From NCBI GenBank assembly GCA_918797485.1, contig CAKKNE010000003.1, positions 4,526,001 to 4,590,000 on the forward strand: a DNA stretch of 64,000 bases. The letters are read 5' to 3'. Position 1 is the stretch's first letter, and every line of letters begins with the position of its first letter. Source of the stretch: Pelagomonas calceolata (taxonomy: Eukaryota). The notes beneath the pieces were generated by a model that was not told the DNA's origin, ran no database searches, and saw only the letters and a list, made by a program, of their open reading frames with translations. Shown in pieces: positions 19,177-29,642 of this stretch. Position numbers and translations under genes: made by a program.

Positions 19177-21801
19177 TCAAGCACCCCTAGAGGGAATATC
19201 GCCGGGCAGTCCGCCGCGAAGGACAGCTACATACTGGCGGGCGATGTCGTCAATATTGTGATGAAGCGGCGCGCCGACGACTGCAGCGAAGTAAGCGTAG
19301 CGTTCTTTAATGGTGCGGAGCGCGCTCATCAATTCGTCGTCGGTTTTAAAGGGCACGCCACCGAGTCCGACGGCCTCTGGGTGGCCTCCTTCGTCGCGAT
19401 AGGCGACGGGAAGGCCGACGGCGAGCGCCTCGACGAGCGAGTTGGAGGCTGGCTCGCGCCGCGAGGCGGCGATGAAAATGTCATGTTCGGCGAGCGCCGC
19501 AGCAATCTCGGCAGAGGATTGTGGCGGCACAACCGTCACGCAGGGCCGATGGGTAGCAAGGCGAAACTCGCGGCTCCGCGAGCCTATGAACGTGATGTTG
19601 AACTCTTCGCAGTCGATGGCGCGCGAAAGTGCGGCGAGCGTGTCGGCGCCCTTGACGAAACCATTGGCGTGCGACGTGGCGATGAGGCGCATCGGGGTGC
19701 GCGGCGCCGCGCAGGGCGGCCGCTGCTTGAAGATCGCCGGGTCCGCGGCATTTCGGATGATGACGCGGGGCCGATATCTACTGTCGCCGCCACCGAGACT
19801 TCCTGGGTATGTCGTGTCCCAGGCATGCCACGAGAAGAGCGACTGGTGGATGGAAACGTCGGCGTAGAGGCCGTTCATAAGGCGGACGATGCGGTCCTGG
19901 CTTTGGTAAGACGAGGTGTTGGCTCTGTTGATAATGTTGGGGCCATCGATGCGATGCGCAACGATAAACGGCTTACGATCTCCCTGCGGAGTCTTTTTTA
20001 CGAATTTCAGGTAGGCCCGCGCGAAGTCGGCCGTGTTGAAAGTGTGCGCGTTAATGAGAATCGCCGTCGTCTCTTTGGTGATCTTGTTCAACTGGACCTT
20101 CTTGATGAGGTCGTCCTGGCGGCGCAGCGCGTTAATGAGCGCTGCGAGGAACTGGTTGCCGCCGCCCCACGGCGCTTCGTGGAAGACGTGCCAAACACTA
20201 ACGACGAGCCTTTTGGCGCGCGACCGCGCCGCGCGGAGCGCCTCGTATTCGAATTTCCCTGTGCCGGCACCAGGTGGTTTGCGGAGCACGATCTCCCGTT
20301 CGGCGGCGACCGTCGCCGCGAGCAGGCCGTCGTCGATGCCGTAGTCGTCGGCGCAGCCGCGGCGAGTTCGCGTCTTTTCGTCCTCGATGGTCGCGTATTG
20401 GAGCGTCGTATATCGCGCCTTGAGCGCGGCGACGTCGATTGTGCACCCCTTGGACGACGAAGGTGGGTTGCGCATATATTTGTGGATTGACGTCGCATCG
20501 TACCGCACCTCTTCGGGGTGATGTACCATGAGGTACGTCGAGTAGAGCTCGTACTCCGAGAAGGTGGACGCGAGCTGCTTGCATTGGTCCCGCGTCTCGC
20601 ACGCGCGCTTCCGCGAGGCCCAGTCAAGGACTACGTCGTAGAACGAGGTCGCGTGGTCACGCGCCACGCGCTCGAAGATGCTCGCCAGCATGGCGCGTAC
20701 GCGGTGCCGCGAAAACACCATCCAATGCGCCACCGCCGTGCGGCCGTTGGCCAGGGCGCAGGGCCATTTGCCGAGGAGGTCGTGCGTCGTCGGGCCGTAG
20801 TCGCGAAACCACATCTTGGAATTATTTCCCGCGAAGAACACCGCGCGGAGGACCGGGTCTGAGGACGAATACGTTTTCGTCTGGAGCCTCGCCCTTATAT
20901 TTCCCTCGGCCCACTCGAGTGGAAAAAATTGGGCCGTCGGCGCGCGGATCGACGCTGCTCGGACGCGCTGGAGCACCTCCAGCTCTTGCAGGAAGATGTT
21001 GTCCGAGTCTATCACTACGAAGTGATCGGAGAGGCCGACGTCGATGAGGCTCACGAAGAGTTTGGCGAACTGCTGCACGAACCATCCGCCGTGGCGCCCG
21101 GACGTCGCCAGGTGGGGGTACGCCGCAACCATTTCCACGCCGCTTCGGCCGCTGAGCGCGTGAACGGGAAGGCAGTAGACGTGCGGACCAAGCGACGTGA
21201 GGTATCGGCACGACACGTCCGATTCGACCAGGAGATAAATGTTTCGCACGCGGGGTCGTATGTACTTGCGAATAGATTTCAAACGAGCTGCTGTGTTGGT
21301 GCTCGTCACCAGGAGCGGCACCACCGCGTCGAACTCAAAATCTTCACCAAGGCTTTCGACCGCAATCGAATCCACGCTTTCCGATCCCAAGTTTATCGCA
21401 GTGGCTGTCATGTTCGCTTGGGCCGCCGTTCCCCAGCTCGGACGCCAGTGCGCCTCCCAGCACCTCCGGGATTGCTCGCTGGCTTCGCGCGCCTGAGCTT
21501 GGGCCGGACGTGAGCCGCACCGTAACACGTTTCGTGCGGCCGGCAACGCCGGATCCGTGTCCTCGTCGGCCGCCGCACCACATACTGATGCCGACCGCGT
21601 GGGCGAGGGCCGGCGGCGGCGGCGCGCAGGCTGGCGGCGCAGCCATGAAGCCGCCGCAGGCACGCCCAGCAGTCTTGCGAGGCTCGCACCGAGCGCGGTG
21701 AGGAGCATCGCTGTCCAGCAGACGAGCCTCCGCGGCGCCACAGTGCGGCTGCCCTTCTTCATGTTGCCACTCAACACAATGACATTGTCATGGCAGGACA
21801 A
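19177..21801 (-). CDS. DUF6492-like GT-A domain + GT4-like (GT-B) glycosyltransferase fusion
   Basis: WFVQQFAKL, FVVIDSD, FSEYELYSTYL; DIFIAASRREPASNSLVEALAVGLPV (EX7E). Confidence 0.75.
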   Translation of the reverse strand: MSCHDNVIVLSGNMKKGSRTVAPRRLVCWTAMLLTALGASLARLLGVPAAASWLRRQPARRRRRPSPTRSASVCGAAADEDTDPALPAARNVLRCGSRPAQAQAREASEQSRRCWEAHWRPSWGTAAQANMTATAINLGSESVDSIAVESLGEDFEFDAVVPLLVTSTNTAARLKSIRKYIRPRVRNIYLLVESDVSCRYLTSLGPHVYCLPVHALSGRSGVEMVAAYPHLATSGRHGGWFVQQFAKLFVSLIDVGLSDHFVVIDSDNIFLQELEVLQRVRAASIRAPTAQFFPLEWAEGNIRARLQTKTYSSSDPVLRAVFFAGNNSKMWFRDYGPTTHDLLGKWPCALANGRTAVAHWMVFSRHRVRAMLASIFERVARDHATSFYDVVLDWASRKRACETRDQCKQLASTFSEYELYSTYLMVHHPEEVRYDATSIHKYMRNPPSSSKGCTIDVAALKARYTTLQYATIEDEKTRTRRGCADDYGIDDGLLAATVAAEREIVLRKPPGAGTGKFEYEALRAARSRAKRLVVSVWHVFHEAPWGGGNQFLAALINALRRQDDLIKKVQLNKITKETTAILINAHTFNTADFARAYLKFVKKTPQGDRKPFIVAHRIDGPNIINRANTSSYQSQDRIVRLMNGLYADVSIHQSLFSWHAWDTTYPGSLGGGDSRYRPRVIIRNAADPAIFKQRPPCAAPRTPMRLIATSHANGFVKGADTLAALSRAIDCEEFNITFIGSRSREFRLATHRPCVTVVPPQSSAEIAAALAEHDIFIAASRREPASNSLVEALAVGLPVAYRDEGGHPEAVGLGGVPFKTDDELMSALRTIKERYAYFAAVVGAPLHHNIDDIARQYVAVLRGGLPGDIPSRGA

Positions 21802-21991
21802 ATGGCCAAAAAGTTACTTCATTCAATCCCCTGCTGGTTCCAGAGCTCCCGTAGGTCTAGAGGCGCGTATATTATGACTGACTCCCCATGTGGGGTGAGG
21901 CGGGTTTCTACGAGTGTGCGCCCTGCCTACCGTGACGCTAGGGAAAATATACTGCTGGGTCTAACTGCTGGGGTATTGTCTTGGCCTGTTG

Positions 21992-22598
21992 CTAGGTTGC
22001 CATTTACCCGACCGTGACTCGACTCATGTAGCGCATGCGCTACATGAGTAAACGGGCTATATGGGTAAATGGGCTATATAGGTATTTGGGTTATATGGGC
22101 GTTTGGGTTATAACCCAAATCCCAAATAACCCAAATACCCATATAGCCCAAACACCCATATAACCCAAATACATACCCATATAGCCCATTTACTCATGTA
22201 GCGCATGCGCTACATGAGTCTCGGAGGGGTTATTAACTCCAATCGCGGCCCGGGGTCAGTAACCCGGGTAATTACCCGTTAGTACGGGTTATATTAACCC
22301 TATTAACCCGGGATCTTATGGACCGTCCGGACGCCCGCCGCTTAACACGGGGGCGGACCCCAAATTTGAGATTCGAGTTCCTAGCCACTTTCCGGGGGCG
22401 ATTTTGGCTGTGGGGTCCCAAAGGGTCCCTTTGTACGCCCCGAGAGGCTGAGGCCCGCGCCAGTGGCCAGTGAGGCCCCCTCCCCTACCCCTCTATAAGA
22501 TCCTGAGGTAAATAATCCGTACTAACCGGTAATTACCCGGGTTATTAACCCCGGGCGGCGCCAGGGGTAAATAGCCCCTCAGGTAAATGCCAACCTAG
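21992..22598. mobile_element. hAT-like MITE (TIR CTAGGTTGCCATTTACC) carrying a nested foldback element
   Basis: TIRs; subterminal TAACCCGG repeats; right half matches 26950-27105; TSD degenerate. Confidence 0.8.
22022..22219. repeat. Foldback element with palindromic ends
   Basis: 28-bp perfect palindrome ACTCATGTAGCGCATGCGCTACATGAGT at both ends; inverted TGGG(C/T)TATA arrays inside; CTCG duplicated on both sides. Confidence 0.85.
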
Positions 22599-22843
22599 GC
22601 CCTTAGGACGGGTAAGGGTGCGGGTGACTCGTGTAGGGCGGGGGCACGCGGGGCTGACCCCCCGGCCCCTCTAGGTACAAGGAGAAGTACCGCGGCGATG
22701 CTGCGGCCTTTAAGAACGGCGCCGATGATACCGACGGCGACGCGGAATCATCCTAAGAGCACGGGCATCCAGCTCGTCCTACCATCACTCGAGGACCACC
22801 ACGATGGGGCGGAGTTCGGTCCCGGGCACTCAACCTCACCATC

Positions 22844-24175
22844 TCATTGTTTGCTGGAACAATCGAAGTACATTGGTCTGCAATGATTTGAGCCCGAATC
22901 TTTATTGAAGAAAATTTCGGTGCATTCATTGTTCACATACGCAAGTGTCTGAGAGCGCAGCATTGCCGAGGATCCAAGATTGGGCGAGTTATAAGGGTTT
23001 GCTGCGGCCTTGGCCGTGGAGAGTTCAGCACAGAAGTCCATCATGATCGCCCCCGGACGATTGAGCGAGTTTAGGATAAGCCTCATGACGGACAGGGGGT
23101 CAGGAACATGTTCAAGCACAGTCAACACAATGGCCACGTCAAACGCTTGCGCTGGCAGGCTCGGTAGAGACTCGCCGTCTGCCTCGACCACCCTGATCGA
23201 AGATTGCATTCCTCTCTCCAATAGGAGATTCTTGAGGCGCCAGGCCCCGAAGTACAGGTGCTCACCAGAAATATCCACCACTGTTGCCGACTTGATTGGC
23301 ACACTGCAAGCTGTTTTTCCTCCCAATATATTTGCATCGTGAAATCCTCCGCCACCGAGCCTAAATGAGCCAGGAGCGATGCCCGCACCATATTCAAGGA
23401 CTCGGACCTCCTCCGAGGGGCGCCGCTGAAGGAGGTGGCATAGATTGTCGTACTTGAGTGCCGTGCTTCTTAGGTTATGGAATGACTGCCGGAATATCTC
23501 CCATGTTCCGAAGGCTTGGTAATGTCGCTGCTGGTCTATAGTTCGGTTGCGCTCGATAGAGTGCCAGGTACAGCAGAGGGCGCGCCACCGGAACGGGTAC
23601 GCTTTCGTGCACCTTGGACTGGGATAATCCGCATAGGTGGGCGCCCTTTGCTTGGGGTGCAGTTGCGCCGCCCTACAATATCGCGACGTCCGGTACCCGT
23701 CAACGCACGCGCTCCGATAGATCACGTCCTTGGACACAGAGTCGACGCAGATCTCCGTCCCGGCAACCCTCACGGTGGACACTCCGAACCAATCTTCAAT
23801 GGCACCTTTCCAATCCAGTGCCCAAGTCTTTACCGACCCCCGAGAACCAGAGTTGTGCCCGCCGTTGCCGAGCCGGCACGCCTCCAATCGTTTGTCCTCT
23901 TGGTCGAGCCGCATCCATCCTAAAGAACGCTCCGAACTCTGCATTTCGGCCGACGCCCAGCCCACTGGCATGTCCCTCGGCGTCCTGCCTTGTCGACACG
24001 CCGGCTGGGACAACTCGTCGGCTCTCCGTACCTGATCCTCCCTCGCTAGTGCGGTGAGCTCCCCCGCAGGCGCGAGGCGCAGGATGAAATAGATGGCAGT
24101 GCCCACTGCTAGGCCTAAGACAATGTGCTTGGACTGCACGCGCCTCCCGACCGCAGCACCGACACCGGAGGCCAT
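22844..24175 (-). CDS. Type II membrane class I SAM methyltransferase
   Basis: TM after MASGVG; VLEYGAGIAPG; FDVAIVLTVLEHVPDP. Confidence 0.75.
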   Translation of the reverse strand: MASGVGAAVGRRVQSKHIVLGLAVGTAIYFILRLAPAGELTALAREDQVRRADELSQPACRQGRTPRDMPVGWASAEMQSSERSLGWMRLDQEDKRLEACRLGNGGHNSGSRGSVKTWALDWKGAIEDWFGVSTVRVAGTEICVDSVSKDVIYRSACVDGYRTSRYCRAAQLHPKQRAPTYADYPSPRCTKAYPFRWRALCCTWHSIERNRTIDQQRHYQAFGTWEIFRQSFHNLRSTALKYDNLCHLLQRRPSEEVRVLEYGAGIAPGSFRLGGGGFHDANILGGKTACSVPIKSATVVDISGEHLYFGAWRLKNLLLERGMQSSIRVVEADGESLPSLPAQAFDVAIVLTVLEHVPDPLSVMRLILNSLNRPGAIMMDFCAELSTAKAAANPYNSPNLGSSAMLRSQTLAYVNNECTEIFFNKDSGSNHCRPMYFDCSSKQ

Positions 24176-24428
24176 GCTACCACGCCACAACACCCATTCG
24201 ATGTGTCCTTCTCGCCTAGACAACGTATTGTCCGAAGCACGGGGGCAGCGCGCGCGGCATTCGGTCGATATCAAGCTTGAATTGTGCAGCTGTCTGCGGC
24301 CGGGCTGCAAAAGCTACAGAAATTTTCAATCACACGCTGCGCTCCCCTTGGCTTTTCTCTCGCTCATTAACTTGCAGCTATAGATGCACGCTATGTGCCT
24401 ATAATACCCTATTTATATTATTTATATT

Positions 24429-24855
24429 TTATTAACTAAGCTAACACCCCTCTAGGCGCGCGCCCCCGCAACCCGAATTGACTATAGCTATTCCTTTATT
24501 AACTAAGCTTACGTACACGCTCGCGGGGGATAGCTCCCCCGTCACCCCTCTAGGCGCGCGCCCCCGCAACCCGAATTGACTATAGCTATTCCTTATTAAC
24601 TAAGGCTGCCTTTACCGTCGCTGGGGCATCAAGACGGCGCGCGAGTACGCCCGGATCAAGATCGACGGCCTCCGGCTCGTCGGCGGCAACCCGGACTTCA
24701 CCAACGCGCCCGGGCACGGCGACGACGACGCACGCTTCTACGACCGGCAGCAAGCTTACGTACACGCTCGCGGGGGATAGCTCCCCCGTCACCCCTCTAG
24801 GCGCGCGCCCCCGCAACCCGAATTGACTATAGCTATTTCTCTCTTATTAACTAAG
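24429..24855 (+). mobile_element. Three tandem 5'-truncated copies of a putative non-LTR retroelement
   Basis: Common 3' end GAATTGACTATAGCTATT; TTATTAACTAAG at 24429, 24496, 24593 and 24844. Confidence 0.75.
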
Positions 24856-25476
24856 GATAATTAAAAAAGTTATTTTATGGTGCGGGTAATTTTAGTAAAA
24901 CGGGCTGAATCGGGAAAATACCGGCGTATGGGGCTGCTTTTGGCCCCAGGCACATTGCTGGGGGGTGCACGGGGCGGGGGACACCTGAGTGGTAATGGGC
25001 CGTGGCGGTGGGTCGGCCCGAGGGGGGGTGCGCCGCGCGCGCTGTTTCTAGTTTTAGGAGGAGCCTCTGAGTGCCATATTTTTTACTATTATACCTGTCA
25101 CGGTTATATACTAGTAATATCGAATTCAAGTTATAGTAGAACGCGGACGGCCCAGGTCACAAGCTCTTCGTGGCTGATGTACCCGCTGGCCGGGGTGATT
25201 CCGTCAAATTTGCACCCCGCGCTGCATGCAGCCCACGGACATCATAAGGAACAGTTGACCCAGCGGGACCTTCCCCCCTTTCCCCCGTCTTCCCTTCAAG
25301 TTTCATTTGCGGGTCCGGTTTTTTCGGAGTTTGCCAGATTATGCACTTCTGTGCCAGTATTGAACATACCGCAGTACTAATTTCTACGTCGATAGCGTAC
25401 TTTTTTTTTACATGTCGAGCAAGCGTACTTTTTTTAGTGGTACTCATTCGGAGTCATTCGGGGGAGTGACCTGGTA

Positions 25477-26616
25477 ATGGCGCTATGTTGGCTTGCTTGC
25501 TTCGCTGCAGTCATGATTTTCCAGGCGGGTATGCGCCAGGGTGCTGCGACTCCTGATGGAGGCCGCAATGAACCACCGTTAAATATGTCTACCGCCGAAT
25601 GCGAGGTGGCCGCTTGGGACCAATCCTGCAGGATTTGGCTGAGTGGGACACCGGCACTGGCCAGTGCGCTTATGGGGCGTGGGCACGGTGCACGCACCTA
25701 TATTTGTGGCGGCAATGCAAGCAAAGTCCCGCGGGCCCAATGCTATTCACGCGGAGAAAGATTTCGATGGCTTAAGCGCGCGTGGCATTTGCTGAAAGGC
25801 ACGACGATCCTACTCCTTGGCGATAGTATTTCCATGGAGCACTACTTCGCACTGCTTTGCGAATTGCGTGAGTTTTCGCTCCTTGGAGGAAGTGAGGTGC
25901 CGCCACTGGTGCCGCCACGCCTCCAAATCGTCAATGAAAGTGGTGTGAGCATGCACTGTGCACGCTTTGAGAAGGCGCTTCCATCCGTCTGTTATGCGCC
26001 AGAAGATGCGCTTCACTGCGGCCTCTTTAATACTATTGGGCTCTGTCCAATGTTTAACAAACAATGCCGTTTAAAGCCAGAGGTTCCATGTTTCAAGCCT
26101 GCACCACCCGGCTCGCGTGGCTACATCCTCGAGCGGCTGTCCAGAATATTCATGGCCGCAGCGGGTGATTCCCGAGAACTACTTATCGTCATGAACGCGG
26201 GATTGCATTATTCGCACAACTTGACACTCCTTCATGATATCACTGCAATGCAGCTCAATCTATTTGCTAGTCTGCCACAAAAACTTCGGCCACGCATCTT
26301 CTGGCGCGAGACAGCTGCACAGCACTGGAATACAAGTGCTGGCATTTATATGGGTAAAATCAGCAGCAGGCAGTGCGTTAACCTCCCACTAAGCATGGTG
26401 CGCGACCCTGGTACCAGCAAAGCGAACATTTTCAACCGCGCAACTGAGCCGGTGGTCTCAGCCAGTCGCGATGTGACCATACTGAGGACGTGGGCACAGT
26501 CGGCCGCATTCTGGCGAGGCCACAAAAACGGCGACTGTACGCACTACTGCCTCGAGTCGGGCCTCTTCGACAGCTGGACAGACATGCTGTGTCAGGCGCT
26601 GCTCAGTAAAATTTGA
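25477..26616 (+). CDS. TBL/PC-esterase (SGNH-like) polysaccharide O-acetyltransferase-like protein
   Basis: Signal anchor; LLLGDS; MNAGLHY; IFWRET; DCTHYC (DxxH). Confidence 0.8.
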   Translation: MALCWLACFAAVMIFQAGMRQGAATPDGGRNEPPLNMSTAECEVAAWDQSCRIWLSGTPALASALMGRGHGARTYICGGNASKVPRAQCYSRGERFRWLKRAWHLLKGTTILLLGDSISMEHYFALLCELREFSLLGGSEVPPLVPPRLQIVNESGVSMHCARFEKALPSVCYAPEDALHCGLFNTIGLCPMFNKQCRLKPEVPCFKPAPPGSRGYILERLSRIFMAAAGDSRELLIVMNAGLHYSHNLTLLHDITAMQLNLFASLPQKLRPRIFWRETAAQHWNTSAGIYMGKISSRQCVNLPLSMVRDPGTSKANIFNRATEPVVSASRDVTILRTWAQSAAFWRGHKNGDCTHYCLESGLFDSWTDMLCQALLSKI

Positions 26617-26644
26617 CCTAATTTGGCCTAGATGTGCCTGTCTC

Positions 26645-27105
26645 CTAGGTTGCCATTAACCGGTTAATAACCGGTAATTTGCCCATTATCACTCCTCGGA
26701 GGGGATCCGGGGTAAATAACCCGCTCAATAACCCGACGGGTTTTCGACTAAACCCGTTTAGTGAGATTAGCGAAAGACCCCCCCGGAAGAGCGGATTGAA
26801 GTGAACTTACTTTAGGTTCACCCCGGTGTTTTTACGGCGCCTACTTAGCGCCGGGCTTGATCCACTTGGATAAGCAGAAAGATACGGGATATAGGGAAAT
26901 ATCAGCTACGGGCCCAAGGCAAGTACCAAGTCATGTGGCCCGGCGCGGCCCAGGCCCGCGCCAGTGGCCCGTGAGGCCCCCTCCCCTACCCCTCTATAAG
27001 ATCCTGAGGTAAATAACCCGTACTAACCGGTAATTACCCGGGTTATTAACCCCGGGCCCGGGCGGCGCCAGGGGTAAATAACCCCTCAGGTAAATGGCAA
27101 CCTAG
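26645..27105. mobile_element. hAT-like MITE
   Basis: TIR CTAGGTTGCCATT / AATGGCAACCTAG; perfect 8-bp TSD CCTGTCTC at 26637-26644 and 27106-27113. Confidence 0.9.
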
Positions 27106-27131
27106 CCTGTCTCTATAATCGCGCTGGTAAG

Positions 27132-27319
27132 GTAGCAGGGTCCTGGCTCACCAGCCGAGGGCTGGGCCAACCTAGCTGCCAACCTAACTACGAGAGTGTT
27201 TTATAGCAAATTGTTGTTACACCGTAGTGTCAGAGACACTCGCTGTACTGTATAGACTCAAACTTAGAGAGTGGGAGATACATATCTAAGGTAGGAGGGC
27301 TAGTAGGTTTCTCTCTCTA
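27132..27319 (-). mobile_element. Copia LTR lacking its 3' end
   Basis: Reverse complement of the LTR, including the TAGAGAGAGAAACC start. Confidence 0.85.
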
Positions 27320-27353
27320 GTAGTGCCAAAAACATGAGCTCACTTAGACGACG

Positions 27354-28676
27354 ATGCGGGGCAACCGGCCCTTCGACCAAAGGCTGCGTTTTGCTTCTGG
27401 CGTAGTGCTGCTGGTCATTTCAAGTGCGCTGTTCGCGAGTCCGGCGTTTCTCAAGGCATTTGCCAAGTTACTGGTCACTCGCGCACCAAAACCTGGCGCT
27501 GTGAGGTCGGCGGCGCCTTTCGAGGTATCAACGTTGTTCCGGTGCAACGAGGCGGAGGTGGCACAGCATGTGGCGCGGGTCGAGTTGAGCACGTACCAGT
27601 GGGAGCGCATGAGGCGATCGAATTTGCCAGCGCCATGGTCAGATGTTCCGCAGCTAAGGTCGTTTCGCGAGTGCTTGTCGCAAACGGGCCACATGCCTTT
27701 TGGCACTGTGATTTCGCAGGACCAGCGGCTCGTGACATGGACCCCTGGGAGGAACGTAAGCACACCTCACTCCACGATGCACGGCGGCGGCGTTGAGTGC
27801 GTGTCTAACAGTATTGGACCAATTGCCGAAGAACTACTATCGAGCCCTACGATTGATGATTTGGAATGGGTCTGGGGCGACACTGCAATGGCAACCATGT
27901 CCGTCGACGACGTACGCCTCGCCCTCAAACATGCTGAGGTCGCGCTAATCGGCGACTCCCTCACGCGGCAGCAGTTTTATTCGCTATGCTGCCTCCTGGA
28001 CATGTTTGACGCTGAACCAAAGCGAATACACTACCTTAGTGTCGATATGATATCGCAGATGCAGCATTATCACGCCGAGGTCATCAACTCAAGCGACATC
28101 GTCCTCTTCGGCATCGGCCACCATATGGACAGGTCCAAGGACTTCCACGCGACGTACGAGGAGATCCTTGACACTGTTTTCAACTACGCTGCGGCTCGGC
28201 GGAGGGAAGGCGCTGCCATGTGGGTCCGGACACGTTGCCCGAGGCATTATCTCGCCGGCGATCCCCAACCGCCAGACATGAGGGCGTACCGGCTCCCAGG
28301 CGACACAAATCAGCCCCCGTGCCACAATTTTACGGGCCCCGCGACGAACCTTACCTACGCTGTCTTGAACAGATTCGATGCCACCGGCGTCCCCTTTATG
28401 AACTGCCAACTCCACAAGCGTCACCAGGCCATGTTGGTGAAAGGTCGCAAAGATGTTCACTTGCTCGACACAGAGGCGCTCTCGTTCTTCCGTCCCGACC
28501 AGCACAACAGAAACGGGTCGGTGTACTCCCGAGGCTCACAGGGGAAACTTCCATGTGATCTATCCCACTACTGCTACGCCGGATCTGCTCCCAGTGTCCC
28601 TGACACGTGGAACATCCTCTGGCTCAACAGAATAGTTGCTGACTGGAAAAAACAAGATCGGAGCGTCGCACGGTAG
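27354..28676 (+). CDS. TBL/PC-esterase family O-acetyltransferase-like protein
   Basis: N-terminal TM; ALIGDSLTRQ; FGIGHH; DLSHYC..DTWN. Confidence 0.8.
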   Translation: MRGNRPFDQRLRFASGVVLLVISSALFASPAFLKAFAKLLVTRAPKPGAVRSAAPFEVSTLFRCNEAEVAQHVARVELSTYQWERMRRSNLPAPWSDVPQLRSFRECLSQTGHMPFGTVISQDQRLVTWTPGRNVSTPHSTMHGGGVECVSNSIGPIAEELLSSPTIDDLEWVWGDTAMATMSVDDVRLALKHAEVALIGDSLTRQQFYSLCCLLDMFDAEPKRIHYLSVDMISQMQHYHAEVINSSDIVLFGIGHHMDRSKDFHATYEEILDTVFNYAAARRREGAAMWVRTRCPRHYLAGDPQPPDMRAYRLPGDTNQPPCHNFTGPATNLTYAVLNRFDATGVPFMNCQLHKRHQAMLVKGRKDVHLLDTEALSFFRPDQHNRNGSVYSRGSQGKLPCDLSHYCYAGSAPSVPDTWNILWLNRIVADWKKQDRSVAR

Positions 28677-28766
28677 CCTGTGCCCTCGGCGCTTGGGATT
28701 GAGCCGCTGGTCCAGCACCGCACACATGCAGTCGCGTCCACGTGAAATAAATGACCTGATTGACTT

Positions 28767-28953
28767 TACGAACGATCGCGCAAAAATTCGGCCCTCTGCG
28801 ACCTCGCCTCCAGGCGGCACGGCGACGAGGTTACGGCCTACATCCGCCACGGCGGAGACCGACCGAGTGCCTTCTCGCGAGCACGCGGAGTCGCGGGCAT
28901 CGCCGCAGGCCTGCGTGCGCGCTCCTCGTGCGACGCCGAAAGTTGGCGCGGCG
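28767..28953 (+). pseudogene. Duplicated 3' fragment of the gene at 5471-8101
   Basis: Inverted match to ~5483-5671 with substitutions and a small indel. Confidence 0.85.
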
Positions 28954-29642
28954 TCCCATGCCACAGTGTGGGTAACATACGGGGCACACTTGCCCTGCAC
29001 GTCCATTTGTATGCGCCTATAATAGCCTAAATTTCAAAATGCATCCATATTATGTACATATTTATTTATTTATCATGATTTATTTATTTAAGGGGCCGGA
29101 ACCCGATTAAATCGGGGGCTGTAGTGCCTCCCCATTAATAGCCTAAAGGGCCAAACTAGCTGCGAACGAGCCTAAGGGGATGCCTCACCTTCTGGCCGAG
29201 TGTGGGGCCCTGAAAAAGCGAGGGGGCGGAATGGCCACCACGCGAACGTCGCGCCAGTCACGGTGGCGTTTCGTTTTGGGCACCTCACCCCATCTCGAGG
29301 GGGGCACCTCCGTGGCAAGCTAGTGTCGCCGTGTGCTTAGGATGCCCCTGGGACCCAGCAAACGCCATTTGGCCCTTTAGGCTATTAATTGAAAATCTCA
29401 CCAATTTGGGTGCCGGCCCCGTATTTATTTATTTATTTTATTTATTTAGGGCCCGCCGGAACTCCCCGAGTCGGCCCAGAGGTCATCGGCTGCTGACTCA
29501 GGCTTATCCCCGCCTTCGCGTTCGAGCATCTTAATCTCGACAAGAACACGGACACGTTCTTTGCGGCTTCAGGAATCCGCGACCCACGCGGGACTTGGCC
29601 GGGGCGTTATTATTTCAATGATATTTATCTATACTCGTATTA

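Noticed and set aside
22260..22320. TAACCC-like runs as interstitial telomere
   Set aside because: Not tandem; they are subterminal repeats of the TIR element also seen at 26645-27105.
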